A DNA stretch of 63,321 nt, filler included, from Octopus bimaculoides (GCF_001194135.2; 4 parts of 4 records of this genome joined end to end with filler, not necessarily neighbours in it); one strand, 5' to 3'. Counted from the whole stretch's first letter, positions 26,632 to 40,783 are shown. Numbers and translations are program-made. The notes: generated from the sequence alone by a model not told the origin.

Positions 26632-26820
26632 TAGTCACTGGACTGTAGCCATGCTGGGCCGCCTCCTTGAAGGGTTATAGTCGAACACATTGAGCCTAGT
26701 ACTTTCTCTAAAAGCTTTAAGACTTGTACTCTTTCGATCTACTTCTTTTGCCGAACCGCTAAATTACGAGGGCGGAAAAAATAAGACCAGAACAAGTTGT
26801 CAAGAAGTGGGGTGGGGGTG
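26632..26820 (-). mobile_element. SINE family B 3' module (reverse)
   Basis: agtcactggactgtagccatgctggg...cttttgccgaaccgctaaattacg...gttgtcaag. Confidence 0.8.
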
Positions 26821-27409
26821 CGAGAACATAAGCACAAAGAAACACACGCAAATATATATATATATAGACGCAGACACACATACACATATGTGTAGCCATA
26901 CATGTGTGCGTGTGTATGCATATGAGAAAGCGCGCTTGTTTGTTTAGAGCACAGTGGTGTATTCCCACTTTAGGCTTAAGTACAAATGATGTGTAGTTAC
27001 AGCAGTAACTTGTTCACTGATTATGAGTGAGTGGAGAAGAGAAGAAATGAATGAGACAAAAGGGTGAGAATGAAAGAGGAGAAAGAGAGAGTGAGAGAGA
27101 GAGAGGAGAGTGCATGCAAGCTGTTCATTATTGTTATATCCTCATATACACTTTGCCTCCTCCTCTCACTCCCCCTCCATATAACCACCTCCCACCTCCC
27201 GCATAGCCAATGATTATATGTTGTACAAATTAGTTGAATCAAAAATCATTGAAGCGCTCATTCATTTTCGTTGTTGATGCCAAACCTAAACACGCTAAAT
27301 ATACTACAAGTGTCGATTTTTTTAAATCTTCAAATTACGATGTTGATTAAAAACAGGCAAATGCAAGTCGATAAGAATATTCTGATATCAACAGGGATAA
27401 TTGTTTCCA

Positions 27410-27870
27410 TATTTTAGCAGAAGACCAGCGATTTTAAGGTTAGCCGCTTAGTACATTTCAATGACCCTAGAACTTGACTGGCATTTTATTTTAACGACCG
27501 ATCTCAGTGTTTCACTGATACTTAATTTATAGGACACCGAAAGGATATAAGACAAAGTCGACCTCGGCGGAATTTGAACTCAGAACGTAAAGACGGGTGA
27601 ATTACCGCTAAGCATTTCGCCCGGCGTGCTAACGATTCTGCCAGCTCGCTACCTTCTTTCTACTGTAGACACAATGCTTATAATTTTGAGGGAGGGGACT
27701 AGTCAATTACATCCACCCCAGTACTCAACTGGTACTTATTTCATCGAACTCGAATTGATGAAAGGCACTTTTCAGGATTGATAAAATAAAGTGCCAGTCA
27801 ATTACTGGGGTCGATGCAAGCGACTTGTTTCATTCCCTCAAAATTGCTGACTTAGTGCCGAAATTAGGAA
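27410..27870. mobile_element. Cluster of family A SINE pieces: reverse copy(ies) followed by a forward 3' half
   Basis: aaagtcgacctcggcggaatttgaactcagaacg...gccagctcgc (reverse), ccccagtactcaactggtactt (reverse), then gtgccagtcaattactggggtcgatg (forward). Confidence 0.8.
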
Positions 27871-28554
27871 AGAAAAATTAACACAGTTGTCGGGCGTTCT
27901 CATATCCGCAAAACTTCCCTTTCGGTTACATGCGTATATTTATACAAAACATTATACGTCTGAATTCTTTAAAAAGTTCACTTCGCAATCATTAGGTCCC
28001 ATGTTTGATTCCAGTGTGTGGCTGCTTAACCCTGTGTCGTTTACAATCGCGTCAAATCGATCCAAACTTTATCAGTAAAACTGGTAAACGGAAACTGTGC
28101 AAAAAAGCTATAGAATGGATATAATTTATTATCGAAAGGTCTCGCCTTGTCATACACTGGCTCACTAACGAATTCTGCCTGAGGAGTGTGTAAAGGGGTA
28201 CATGTGCCCGAGGAATGTTCAGCCACTTTCCCGCTAATTCAGTGAGTAATAAAAACGAGTGAATTACTGAATATTCTTCACGAGACCGACGCAGATTCAT
28301 TCACTATTCTAGCATGTTTGGCAGCGGCCTTCAGAACGAAAGAGTGAAATAAATAAAACGAAATTATTTTTATGGTTGATGAAGAAGCGGATTAAGTGTA
28401 GGCTTCAAATATCCAGTTAGATTCCATGTGGCAGATATAGCAAATCCTCAGGGGAAAGAATTTCCATATTATTGATAAATAGATAGATAGATAGATAGAT
28501 ATATAGATAGATAGACACAAACATATGTACACACATATGTATACATAGTCACAC

Positions 28555-28912
<358 letters not shown>

Positions 28913-30489
28913 TGCATACATACACACTTCTCCACGTCTGGCTGTACAGCCTTTATGTTCGTTTATTTCACTGTTTCGTTTTCCTGTCTTGTTTTCCGTC
29001 TGCCANNNNNNNNNNNNNNNNNNNNNNNNNNNNNNNNNNNNNNNNNNNNNNNNNNNNNNNNNNNNNNNNNNNNNNNNNNNNNNNNNNNNNNNNNNNNNNN
29101 NNNNNNNNNNNNNNNNNNNNNNNNNNNNNNNNNNNNNNNNNNNNNNNNNNNNNNNNNNNNNNNNNNNNNNNNNNNNNNNNNNNNNNNNNNNNNNNNNNNN
29201 NNNNNNNNNNNNNNNNNNNNNNNNNNNNNNNNNNNNNNNNNNNNNNNNNNNNNNNNNNNNNNNNNNNNNNNNNNNNNNNNNNNNNNNNNNNNNNNNNNNN
29301 NNNNNNNNNNNNNNNNNNNNNNNNNNNNNNNNNNNNNNNNNNNNNNNNNNNNNNNNNNNNNNNNNNNNNNNNNNNNNNNNNNNNNNNNNNNNNNNNNNNN
29401 NNNNNNNNNNNNNNNNNNNNNNNNNNNNNNNNNNNNNNNNNNNNNNNNNNNNNNNNNNNNNNNNNNNNNNNNNNNNNNNNNNNNNNNNNNNNNNNNNNNN
29501 NNNNNNNNNNNNNNNNNNNNNNNNNNNNNNNNNNNNNNNNNNNNNTATATATAAACACGCTAGCCATAACTAAGCATTATGTTATCAACGGTTATTATTA
29601 CCAAAATTAGTATTTTCACAGTCTAGTGTAATCAGCAAATTGTTGTTCCCTAGAAACACCCGTCCCATAGTGATCATAAGAAGCAGCTTCCACAGGATGT
29701 ATACGTAAATTGCGATTGAATACATTAAGCAATCTTTGATCCACGCGTTATATTTTTAGCAACGTATGTGTGCGAGGGTCGGGAGTTACTGTATGTTGCT
29801 AAAAATAGAACGAGTGGATCATCGATAGCTTTATGTTTCGAATTGTAATTTATGCATACAGTATGTGAGTTTGTATGTGAATGTCTGTTTGAGCGTGTGC
29901 TGGCACGAGCAGATATGAATGTGTTAATTCAGTGCGCATGCGTAAATGCGCCAAAGCCTGCGTCTCTGATTTTCCGTATATATTTATGAATGTATGTATG
30001 TTATCTTTGGGATTTATTTTAAGTTTTATTTCTCCTTTGTCATTAACAAAATGTCAAAGCTATTTTGTTTAAATTTTGGGGGTCTGTGGTTACTCGGGAT
30101 TGGTTGATTTAGTCACATGTGTGCATGTTTTGTATATGTGTACTCGTGTAGATAAACTCGCAATTGTGGATGTGCGTATCACAATAGAATACACAAGTGT
30201 ATATTTCATAACAGTTCATGTGTGTGTGTATTTGTATTCCATATGTATATGTAATTGTGTGCGTGTGTTCATCTAAAGACCTCAAATGGAGAATCTCTTT
30301 TACAATGTTTTACAGATTTTCATTGTTCCTCTCATCGTCTGTATCGGGAGTGTGTGTATTTTAGTCTGCTCGTTTCTTTTCTTCTTTTTCTTCATTTTTT
30401 TTTTTTTTGAGATTTCAAGCATTTCTAGGTTTCTATGCTTATCAATTGTGACGTACAACAGTGCACCTATAATAATAGGAACAAGTAAG

Positions 30490-30672
30490 GAGGCGAGCTG
30501 GTAGAAACATTAGCACGCCGGGCGAAATGCTTAGCGTTATTTTGTCTGTATTTATGGTCTGAGTTCAAATTCCGCTGAGGTCGACTTTGCTTTTTATCCA
30601 TTCAGGGTCGATAGCTTAAGTACCGACTAGTTTCCTCCCCCAAAATTTCGGGCCTTGTGACTAGAGTAGAAA
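30490..30672 (+). mobile_element. SINE family A
   Basis: ggcgagctggtagaaacattagcacgccgggcgaaatgcttagc...gagttcaaattccgctgaggtcgactttgc; A-box/B-box-like tRNA head. Confidence 0.88.
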
Positions 30673-31214
30673 AGAATAATAGGAACAAGTGAAAATCTGT
30701 AGGCTGAATACAAGAGCTGCAGCTCTTATATGTAGTTTAGAAATTCTCCATAGATGTTCACCTCAGCCTCAATTTTTTAGTCCTTTATATCTACAGGCCA
30801 GCTGATCTCTACAACAATGCATGGCTTTTGTTACCTGCCCCATGAAACTATTTCTGACCTGTTATGCTTAGACTAGATTGCTGATTGCATGTATGTATGT
30901 ATGTATGTATGTATGTATGTATGTATGTATGTATTTGTACCCTGCATCTTATTCTTTTTGTGTGTTTTAAAAATATTTCACGTGATTATATTGTATAGCC
31001 TAAGCTATATACAGATAAATAGATACAACCAACCCATCCGTCCATTCAAACGCACGTAAAGGCCTACATACTCTTTGCTTTGCTTCCTCGACATCTAATG
31101 GAGTTGTAGGGGCTCTGTTATAACATACGGCGTGTTTGAAGCGTTTTTAGCACTGGCTGAACCCATTCTTTTTCCAGGTCTGAATAAACCTGATATCTCG
31201 AAATAGAGTGATTG

Positions 31215-31217
<3 letters not shown>

Positions 31218-31271
<54 letters not shown>

Positions 31272-31460
31272 GTAAGAGTGGAGGTGAAGAGAAAGAGAGA
31301 GAGAGAGAAGATGTAAGAGTGGAGGTGAAGAGAAAGAGAGAGAGAGAGTGAGAGAGAGAGAGAAAAGATGTGAGAGTAGAGTTGGAAAGAAGGAGAGAGA
31401 GAGTGAGAGAGAGAGAAGATGTGAAAGTGGAGTTGGAAAGAAGGAGAGAGAGAAAGGAAA
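31218..31460. repeat. (GA)n-embedded minisatellite, four units with core GAAGATGT(A/G)A(G/A)AGT(G/A)GAG(G/T)TG
   Basis: The core recurs at ~31266, 31307, 31365 and 31416, separated by GA tracts. Confidence 0.85.
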
Positions 31461-31845
31461 GGGAAGCAAGAATCCACATCTCCATACAAGAAGGATACTT
31501 TATCAAATCCGAATATACGAAAGACAATGTTAACCTCGGTGTTATTTGAACTCATAACGCAGAAAACAAGAACGATTAACGGAAAGCAATTTCCCGATCT
31601 AACGTCTTGACCACTTCGACTCACGGACACTTACACACAGGCAGGCATGCGCAATAAACACACACGCATCTAAACACATACATAGACCTACGCACACACA
31701 TGCACAAACAGACAAACACACACACACACACATACACACTCATATATATACAGGTTAATTCAAAATTAATGGCCCACCCTTATAGAGTGCACTTATCTCA
31801 ATATCTCACCATGCTTATCCATTTGGTTGTTACCCCAGTTGGAAG

Positions 31846-32225
31846 AAGAGGTACCCGACTTCATTATGCAGCAAGACGGCGCCCTGCCACATTGGTATAG
31901 ACATGTACGCGAGTACCCCAACCAGCATCTTCCAGAACCCTGGATTGCGCGTGCTGGGCTGAAATGATGGTCTGTCCCCTCCCCCCCACACACACATCAC
32001 CCAGGTCCTCCAACCTAATGTTTTGCGACACTTTCCTTTGAGGGTATCTCAAGACAAGCTGTTCATATTTACATTTCCACAGGACATACTGGAGCTAAAG
32101 CAACGGATAGGCAACATGGTGGACTCAGTTGATTAGGTCATGCTTGTACGGATGTGGCGTGAACTAGACTGTCGGGTAAACGTCTGCAGTGTCGCAAAGT
32201 GCGCCCACATCGAACGTCTGTGACT
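31846..32225 (+). mobile_element. Tc1/mariner transposase C-terminal remnant, rosa (DD41D)-like
   Basis: Translation FIMQQDGALPHWYRHVREYPNQHLPEPWIARAG...SPRSSNLMFCDTFL*GYLK...ELKQRIGNMVDSVD*VMLVRMWRELDCRVNVCSVAKCAHIERL* matches the QQDGAPPH / WIGR / WPPRSPDLTPCDFFLWGY / GAHIEHL motifs. A short C/CA run interrupts it, so D-D spacing cannot be counted. Confidence 0.85.
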
Positions 32226-32227
32226 CA

Positions 32228-32518
32228 GTAGAAACTTGAAGAGCTAATCCTTCATGTTACTCTTTTACTTGTTTCAGGCATTTGACTGTGGTCGAGCTGG
32301 AGAACCGCCTTTAGTCGAAGAAATCGATCCCAGGACTTATACTTTGCAAGCCTAGTACTTATTCTATCGGTCTCTTTTACCGAACTACTAAGATACGGGG
32401 ATGTAAGCTGACCAACATCGGTTGTCAAGCGATGGCTGGGGAGACAAAGAAAGACACAAAGACACGCACACATAAATACATACAAACATAGATACATACA
32501 TACATATACACACACGCA

Positions 32519-32560
<42 letters not shown>
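32228..32560 (-). mobile_element. SINE family B 3' module (reverse) plus (CA)n
   Basis: tttcaggcatttgactgtggtcgagctggagaaccgcctttagtcg...catcggttgtcaagcgatgg. Confidence 0.85.
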
Positions 32561-32569
<9 letters not shown>

Positions 32570-33430
32570 TAAAGTCGCCCTGAAGAATACTCTTTTCTGA
32601 TTTGGCCTTTACGACAAGAAAGCATCTTAATATAATATATATAAAGATGAAATTAATTAGTCTTGACAGAGATATTACACATCTATAATTATATACAATT
32701 ACGTCCTTGAATATTATAAGATCTGATTTGGTGAATGAATTTCTCAAAATGCTGTTTAATTATTGGTAATAGCTATAAATTTATTTGATGAATATGCCTG
32801 TGAGAGAGAATGAGAGAGAATGTGTGTCTATCTATCTATCTGTCTGTTTTAAGGATCAACTTTGCTTTTCATCCTTCCAAGGTTGATAAATGAAGTATGA
32901 GCTTAAGGCAGTGGACTAGTAAATTGTTAAGCGGAATGCCTTTCATTATTTATTCGAGCTTTCTACGTTCTGACCTCAAATTTTGCCCTAACCTACTTAG
33001 TTATAAACGTAATGCGTCGCCCGGTTAGACAGCATGAACACCTGGTCTTAGTATGCATTTAACGAGTCTTCACTTTCAAACGTCCAGTACAGGTCTCCGG
33101 TGTGACGATGCATTCTAATATCGCACCAGTCAAACAGCTCCCACTAAAGTATTTGTGCCCTTTCTCTTGACCAATACATCTGCATGTGTACGTGTTTTGT
33201 GTGCTTATGTGTATTTGAAACAAAGTATGTCTCTGTGTATTGATATGCGTGTACAAACAACAAAAATAACTAGGCGACTTAATAATCTGACATATGTATT
33301 CACATCTACAATTTTCAATGCACTAGAATCGTATAGGTATTAATAGATATGAGTATATTTGTCTATGTGCCTCCCTCTTGTATTATATATTTGTAGACAA
33401 ATCTATAAATATCCAGCACAACACACCACA

Positions 33431-33491
<61 letters not shown>

Positions 33492-34392
33492 AGTATATAT
33501 GTTTGTGCTAATCAAAATGTTGTGTACCGCTACCAATATTAAATATTATATAATCTAAGGCAGATTAGCACAATCGATAGTGAGGCCTGGCTCTATTTCA
33601 TTAGCGCACACTCACACACGCGCACATACATAAGTACGCGCACACACATATAACGTCTCTTTTATCATGTGTGCATATATATGTATACATGCATGTACTT
33701 ATGTATGTTTGTGAGAAAGAGAGAAGTTTCTATTTCAAATTCGCAAAGATCAAGCAAGTCATTTATCCCTTCGGGGTCGAAAACATAAAGTACCAGTCAG
33801 GTATCGGGATTAATCCAATCGATATCTCCCTTACCCGTAGATGTGTGACCTTGTCACTACGTAAGAAATCAATACTGAGTATAACGTGATGTGGATCGAC
33901 AGCTTCATAATTTGTCGAACAAAACATCTTGCAATTTTTTTTTAACGTTCTGCAAATCCCGTCAAGGTCGACTTTTGTCCATTCATGCCAATAAATTCAG
34001 TATCTGTAATACACTGAGGTTAAGTTATTCGTCACTGTCTCCCCACTGAAGTCTTGGCCATGTGACAATTTCAGAAAGCTTTATGCTAAAACACTTCAGT
34101 AGCATACTTGGTGGAATTCTCTTACTTTAGTTCTAAGTTCAAATCCTTCCACATCGATTTTCACTAGGTTACCAGTCATATACGCGTGTAGGTTCTCTTG
34201 TAGTTTATCCTCCCTTTCAAATTTATAGCAGTCTGTTAATGATCTTGAAAGTTTAAATCATAGAAGGGGACGTGCAACAGTCTACAACGGTAAAAATAAA
34301 CACATATACACACAGATACATATATAAATACGCGCACACACATTTATAACTTATCTTTTGTCATGTATGCATATGTATATTTGTGTATGTGT

Positions 34393-34459
<67 letters not shown>

Positions 34460-35890
34460 ATGAATGGTGTAGNNNNNNNNNNNNNNNNNNNNNNNNNNNN
34501 NNNNNNNNNNNNNNNNNNNNNNNNNNNNNNNNNNNNNNNNNNNNNNNNNNNNNNNNNNNNNNNNNNNNNNNNNNNNNNNNNNNNNNNNNNNNNNNNNNNN
34601 NNNNNNNNNNNNNNNNNNNNNNNNNNNNNNNNNNNNNNNNNNNNNNNNNNNNNNNNNNNNNNNNNNNNNNNNNNNNNNNNNNNNNNNNNNNNNNNNNNNN
34701 NNNNNNNNNNNNNNNNNNNNNNNNNNNNNNNNNNNNNNNNNNNNNNNNNNNNNNNNNNNNNNNNNNNNNNNNNNNNNNNNNNNNNNNNNNNNNNNNNNNN
34801 NNNNNNNNNNNNNNNNNNNNNNNNNNNNNNNNNNNNNNNNNNNNNNNNNNNNNNNNNNNNNNNNNNNNNNNNNNNNNNNNNNNNNNNNNNNNNNNNNNNN
34901 NNNNNNNNNNNNNNNNNNNNNNNNNNNNNNNNNNNNNNNNNNNNNNNNNNNNNNNNNNNNNNNNNNNNGTGATGTATGTAACGAAAGGTGTCTATGGGTG
35001 GATGAAGTTGCTTATGTGCGCATGGTCAGCTTTTTCTAAAAAACGAATAATTTACAGAGAAAGAGAAAGACAGAAAGAATGGGGAGGGGAAGAGAGAGAA
35101 AGAGAGAAAGAGAGAAAGCAGAAGTAGCGAGCAGTATTATCAACGTTCGCCGTCTGCTGGGTTTGAACTTCGGAGCTGTTTGACTGAACCTGTTACACTT
35201 ATGCACCACTGCACTACTACTTGTGTTGCAGCTGCTGCTACTGCTTTTATCACAACAGCTATCACTACTATCGCTACAGCTACTGCTACATTGAGTGCAC
35301 TGCCACTTAAACTGTTGCACTGCCAGTCTGCACTTGGCACATGCATTAAGGCACAGTAGTAAAAGCTCATGTTCCATCTTAGGATGCGAAACTCAGTGGT
35401 TGCCAGGGACAACTGTTGATGTCAGATGCAAAATGTCTGTGTGTCTGTGTGTGTCTACAACGTCGGTCGGTTGGTGTCAGTCATTTGACCAACAGTCACA
35501 GTCTGCCGGCTGTTTTTGCCTGCCTTTCAACAGTAAGTATACTTTCATTCTTATTCTTATTCCTATTCAGCATTTCATTCTGTTGCAGCACTGTGCTTGC
35601 TGCTTGTTGCTTCTTTGATGAATGCGGCTTGTTCGTTTAGTTGCTTTTTTTCGTAATCATGTGACAGATATATATAAAGTAACATGAATGCGTGTGCATT
35701 TATATATATGTATACACACACACACACACACACACGCAAACGCACACATATGTTTGAATGTATATATACATAATACATACATACATATATATATATGTTT
35801 ATATATTTACATTTATGCACATATACGCTTACATATATATGCATATATACATACATATATATATATACATAAATACATTTATGTGTATAA

Positions 35891-35929
<39 letters not shown>

Positions 35930-37129
35930 NNNNNNNNNNNNNNNNNNNNNNNNNNNNNNNNNNNNNNNNNNNNNNNNNNNNNNNNNNNNNNNNNNNNNNN
36001 NNNNNNNNNNNNNNNNNNNNNNNNNNNNNNNNNNNNNNNNNNNNNNNNNNNNNNNNNNNNNNNNNNNNNNNNNNNNNNNNNNNNNNNNNNNNNNNNNNNN
36101 NNNNNNNNNNNNNNNNNNNNNNNNNNNNNNNNNNNNNNNNNNNNNNNNNNNNNNNNNNNNNNNNNNNNNNNNNNNNNNNNNNNNNNNNNNNNNNNNNNNN
36201 NNNNNNNNNNNNNNNNNNNNNNNNNNNNNNNNNNNNNNNNNNNNNNNNNNNNNNNNNNNNNNNNNNNNNNNNNNNNNNNNNNNNNNNNNNNNNNNNNNNN
36301 NNNNNNNNNNNNNNNNNNNNNNNNNNNNNNNNNNNNNNNNNNNNNNNNNNNNNNNNNNNNNNNNNNNNNNNNNNNNNNNNNNNNNNNNNNNNNNNNNNNN
36401 NNNNNNNNNNNNNNNNNNNNNNNNNNNNNNNNNNNNNNNNNNNNNNNNNNNNNNNNNNNNNNNNNNNNNNNNNNNNNNNNNNNNNNNNNNNNNNNNNNNN
36501 NNNNNNNNNNNNNNNNNNNNNNNNNNNNNNNNNNNNNNNNNNNNNNNNNNNNNNNNNNNNNNNNNNNNNNNNNNNNNNNNNNNNNNNNNNNNNNNNNNNN
36601 NNNNNNNNNNNNNNNNNNNNNNNNNNNNNNNNNNNNNNNNNNNNNNNNNNNNNNNNNNNNNNNNNNNNNNNNNNNNNNNNNNNNNNNNNNNNNNNNNNNN
36701 NNNNNNNNNNNNNNNNNNNNNNNNNNNNNNNNNNNNNNNNNNNNNNNNNNNNNNNNNNNNNNNNNNNNNNNNNNNNNNNNNNNNNNNNNNNNNNNNNNNN
36801 NNNNNNNNNNNNNNNNNNNNNNNNNNNNNNNNNNNNNNNNNNNNNNNNNNNNNNNNNNGTTTGAAAATGCACTTATTTTAAAGATATTTATTTACTTAAC
36901 CGGTTTCACTTTTTTAGAAAAAGATTATCAAAAGTCTTTGAGAATAATAGAAAATGTAAAAAAATAGTTTGAGTATTAAAATGCATATATACATTCTTTG
37001 ATGATAATAAGAGGAATACATTTAAAGTATAAACCTTTGTATGAGCTTTGTAGTGTTATATATATAAACCCACACACATTGTACATGATTATTATGTGGT
37101 CTTTGTGAATTAATAATAATAATAATCCT

Positions 37130-37374
37130 CTCTACTAAAGGCACAACGCCTGAAATTTGGGGAAGGGGACTAGTCGATTACATCGATCTCAGTGTTTCAC
37201 TGGTATTTGATTTATTGACCCCGAAAAGTTGAATGGCAAAGTCGGCTTCGGCGGAATTTGAACTCGGAACGTAGCGACTGGCAAAATACTGCTAAGTATT
37301 TCGTCCAGCGTGCTAACGATTCTGCCAGGTCGCCGCCTTAATAATAATAATAATAAAAATAATAATAATAATAA

Positions 37375-37392
<18 letters not shown>
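37130..37392 (-). mobile_element. SINE family A (reverse) abutting (AAT)n
   Basis: ggcaaagtcggcttcggcggaatttgaactcggaacg...ctgccaggtcgccgcc, then an aat repeat. Confidence 0.85.
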
Positions 37393-37413
<21 letters not shown>

Positions 37414-37585
37414 GGGTTGCTTGAGTGTTGTACGTGTTGTTGTGATGTGGGTGCTATCACATGAAAAGTATGAATATGTGCGTGTATGTGCGTGTGTGTG
37501 TGTGCATGTGTTCTACATGCATTATAGCTGTATGTGCATTTATCATTATATATGTGTATATACCTGTGTATATAATGATGTGTAT

Positions 37586-37643
<58 letters not shown>

Positions 37644-39099
37644 TTCTGTGTGTGTGTTGTAGTAGTAGTAGTAGTAGGAGGAGGAGGAGGAGGAGGAGGA
37701 GGAATATATGCTGAGAATTCACGGAATTGATATATTCTGTACATTTATTGAGCACTTCATCTTAGTTTTCGACTTCGAATACAAATTTTAATGTCTGTGT
37801 CTGCGCCTGACTGCGTGAATGTTTTACAAAAGCGCAATAATTGCTTCTAATTTCTTCATGCTAAAATAATTAGTAATAGAGATGAAAACAAACTAAAAAC
37901 AAAAACAAAAACAACCGTTTACAAATTTGCGGTGTATTTCAAAATTTAGGCTTGAAAATGTCTTTATCAAGAGAAAAATAGGGAATGAGTTTAGCTCTGA
38001 TCTGTACAGATAAACGGGGATAGAGGTGTGACATGCGCAGACAGGTTATGTTATATTAGCCAATTAACGTCGCTCAACTGATGTCTGTTCTTGATAGAGA
38101 AGTTTAATTTATTAATGATAATAGTATTCTTAACACTTTGATCTTAAATATTCTGTTCGCTTTTACGCATGGTGACCATGATATCTCTTCAGATGTTTTT
38201 TCCTCCCTGAGTGAAGCAATTGTGTGAATGTGTTCTTAAGTGAATGATCACTTTGATAATAGTGCTTGTCATGCAAAATCTGCTACATTTATTTATTCGT
38301 TAGATCTTACTATTTGGGGTCCTAAGCACAGGCCAACATATAGTACTCCTCGACAAGACTTTCAGACATACAAAATGGTGGATGTGAAATAACATTAAAT
38401 CCTCGGGCCCAAACCTACAATTTTATTAGATATAACTTATATCTTTAATTTTGTATATTTAATGCTAAATACCACTAAGCACAAGTTTGTAAATGATATA
38501 TTTATAAAGAGTGCAACTTGAAAAATGCAAATTTTATACATTCATTCATTAGAAAAAAAAAAAAAGCTATAATAAAGAGGAAATATAAATGCGGAACATT
38601 ATTGAATATTTTTCCACAGAAATTGAGGTAGATGGCCGATTTTTGAAAAAAGAAATTCTAATGAGGGCGTCATTTTTGTACGAACCGACATTTATTCCAT
38701 TGACTTTTAATCCTGAAGACACATATTTCAGCAAAGCAAACAAGAGATGCAAATAATTGATATTGTTGATTACTTATAACTTTAAATTCATTCTTTACAA
38801 AGTTTTCAGCTACTTATTTTCAGTTGCAAAATCTTTCAAGTGCTAAAAACTAATCCTGCCTAACAATTCTAGCTCTGTCCTTAGTAAAGAAAAGCCATGC
38901 AGAAGTTATTTTGTGACTTTTTAATAGGCTTCAAATAAGCGGCAAGCAAAATCACATTTAGACCAAGTTTCATTCAACAAATCTCCATTGCATTCTTATT
39001 TCAGTCATGCAATTTGTTTATTATGTGCCTTTATTTTCTTAATATACAGTGTACAATTAGTACACAATTTCTTGCATACAAACTATGGTACGCCACAAC

Positions 39100-39142
<43 letters not shown>

Positions 39143-40158
39143 ATGCGTGCGTCTCTACGTACATACACATACATACATTCGTTTACGTTTGAGAGCCTGT
39201 TTGGAAGATTTTTTGTTTTTCTAAAGCCACATCTAGATTTACATACTTTCAATTTTCCAGCCTGAATTTAACAAATGAGATAAATTATACAAAAACAAAA
39301 GAAAGAAATACAAGAAAAAAAAAACAACAGAAAACAGTTTCATGTAAATAACGTATTAGTAATGATGCCACTTTACTGCATTGGCAGTGAGTGCTCCAGC
39401 ATTGCCTTATTCATGATGCGTAACGCAAATTAAAGAACTGAAGATGTATACAGTAAACCTTACAGAAAAAAATACATACAAACGCACACGCACACGCACA
39501 CTTACATACACACATACATACATACATACATACATATGTACATACATATAAATATATAAATGTGTGCACGCGCGCGTGTGTGTATACTACTGTAATTATA
39601 AGTTATGAAATGTTTAGACAAATTTCGCAAACTGACATTTTGCATACTGCATGATTGCGTTGAAAATTAAAAGCACTGCATAAAAGCCATTATTAAGTAA
39701 ACGGAAAGTGATTACAAAAGTACTTTAGTGTATTCTTAAATAATAAAAAAAATGTCTGTACAACGACACAAGTCTTTTCAGCATATCATTTAACATGTCA
39801 CATGCGAAACGGGTTCTATGTTTGTGTGTGTGTTTGNNNNNNNNNNNNNNNNNNNNNNNNNNNNNNNNNNNNNNNNNNNNTTAATTAATTAANNNNNNNN
39901 NNNNNNNNNNNNNNNNNNNNNNNNNNNNNNNNNNNNATGTACTTTGTACTTCTATATGTAAACCAGGTTGGCAAAATAACATAGTCTGCCATAGACACCT
40001 GTGCTTTGGTTCTTTCTTTCTTTTTCTTTCTTTTTTTGTCACTTTTGCTATGAATTAAATTAATGAGTTCAACGGGATACACCGTCTGCAAGTAGTTGAG
40101 TTCAGCATATTATCCTCCATTTTCTAATTGTTATATATATATATATATATATATATAT

Positions 40159-40250
40159 GGTGCAGTCTTCTGGCTTGCCAGTCCTCAGTCAAATCGTCCA
40201 ACCCATGCTAGCATGGAAAGCGGACGTTAAACGATGATGATGTTGATGAT
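40159..40250 (+). mobile_element. RTE-type LINE/SINE 3' tail
   Basis: cagtcaaatcgtccaacccatgctagcatggaaagcggacgttaaacgatgatgatg is nearly identical to 56146-56207, with a (GAT)n tail. Confidence 0.8.
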
Positions 40251-40529
40251 ATATATAAATTATTAAGGTGGCGCTCTGCAGTTTAAAAGCCGAAAGTCAT
40301 GAGTGCAAACGTCCCTAAAGTGACTAAGGGGGCTAAACAACACCACCGTTGCTAGAAATAAGAGTCAAAACAACTCTTAGCCATGAGGAAGCACTTATGT
40401 ATTGACTGACAAGGAGACCAACCTCCCAAAAGCAAGCAAGGAGTGTCAAACCATCAATGATTTCAGATTGAGTTAATCCTCATCAGTGACACTTACTCCG
40501 TTGCCTAGGGTTGAATGGAAGTCGCCTTG

Positions 40530-40563
<34 letters not shown>

Positions 40564-40750
40564 TGTGTGTGAGTGTGTGTATGCATATATGAGAGTGACA
40601 GAGAGAGGTATACACGACAGAGTTATGAGGGAATGTATGAATGCATACAAGCTTTTATTTTTGTACTTGTGCATATATGAATTTAAATATATACATGCAT
40701 ATATGTCTGCATTGTATATGTGTGTGTGTCAAATTGTTTTCTTATACACA

Positions 40751-40783
<33 letters not shown>

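Noticed and set aside
30286-30504. Hydrophobic ORF resembling GPCR TM1
   Set aside because: The hydrophobicity comes from a T-rich low-complexity tract, it runs into a SINE, and the PP.D motif is absent.
31218-31460. Regular repeat-spacer-like pattern
   Set aside because: The spacers are GA tracts rather than unique sequences. It is a minisatellite, not CRISPR, and no cas genes are present.
38619-38755. 45-aa + strand frame (…FLKKEILMRASFLYEPTFIPLT…) loosely resembling the next GABA-B exon
   Set aside because: It has no AY..YG..YQW..WW segment and ends in a stop without a donor.
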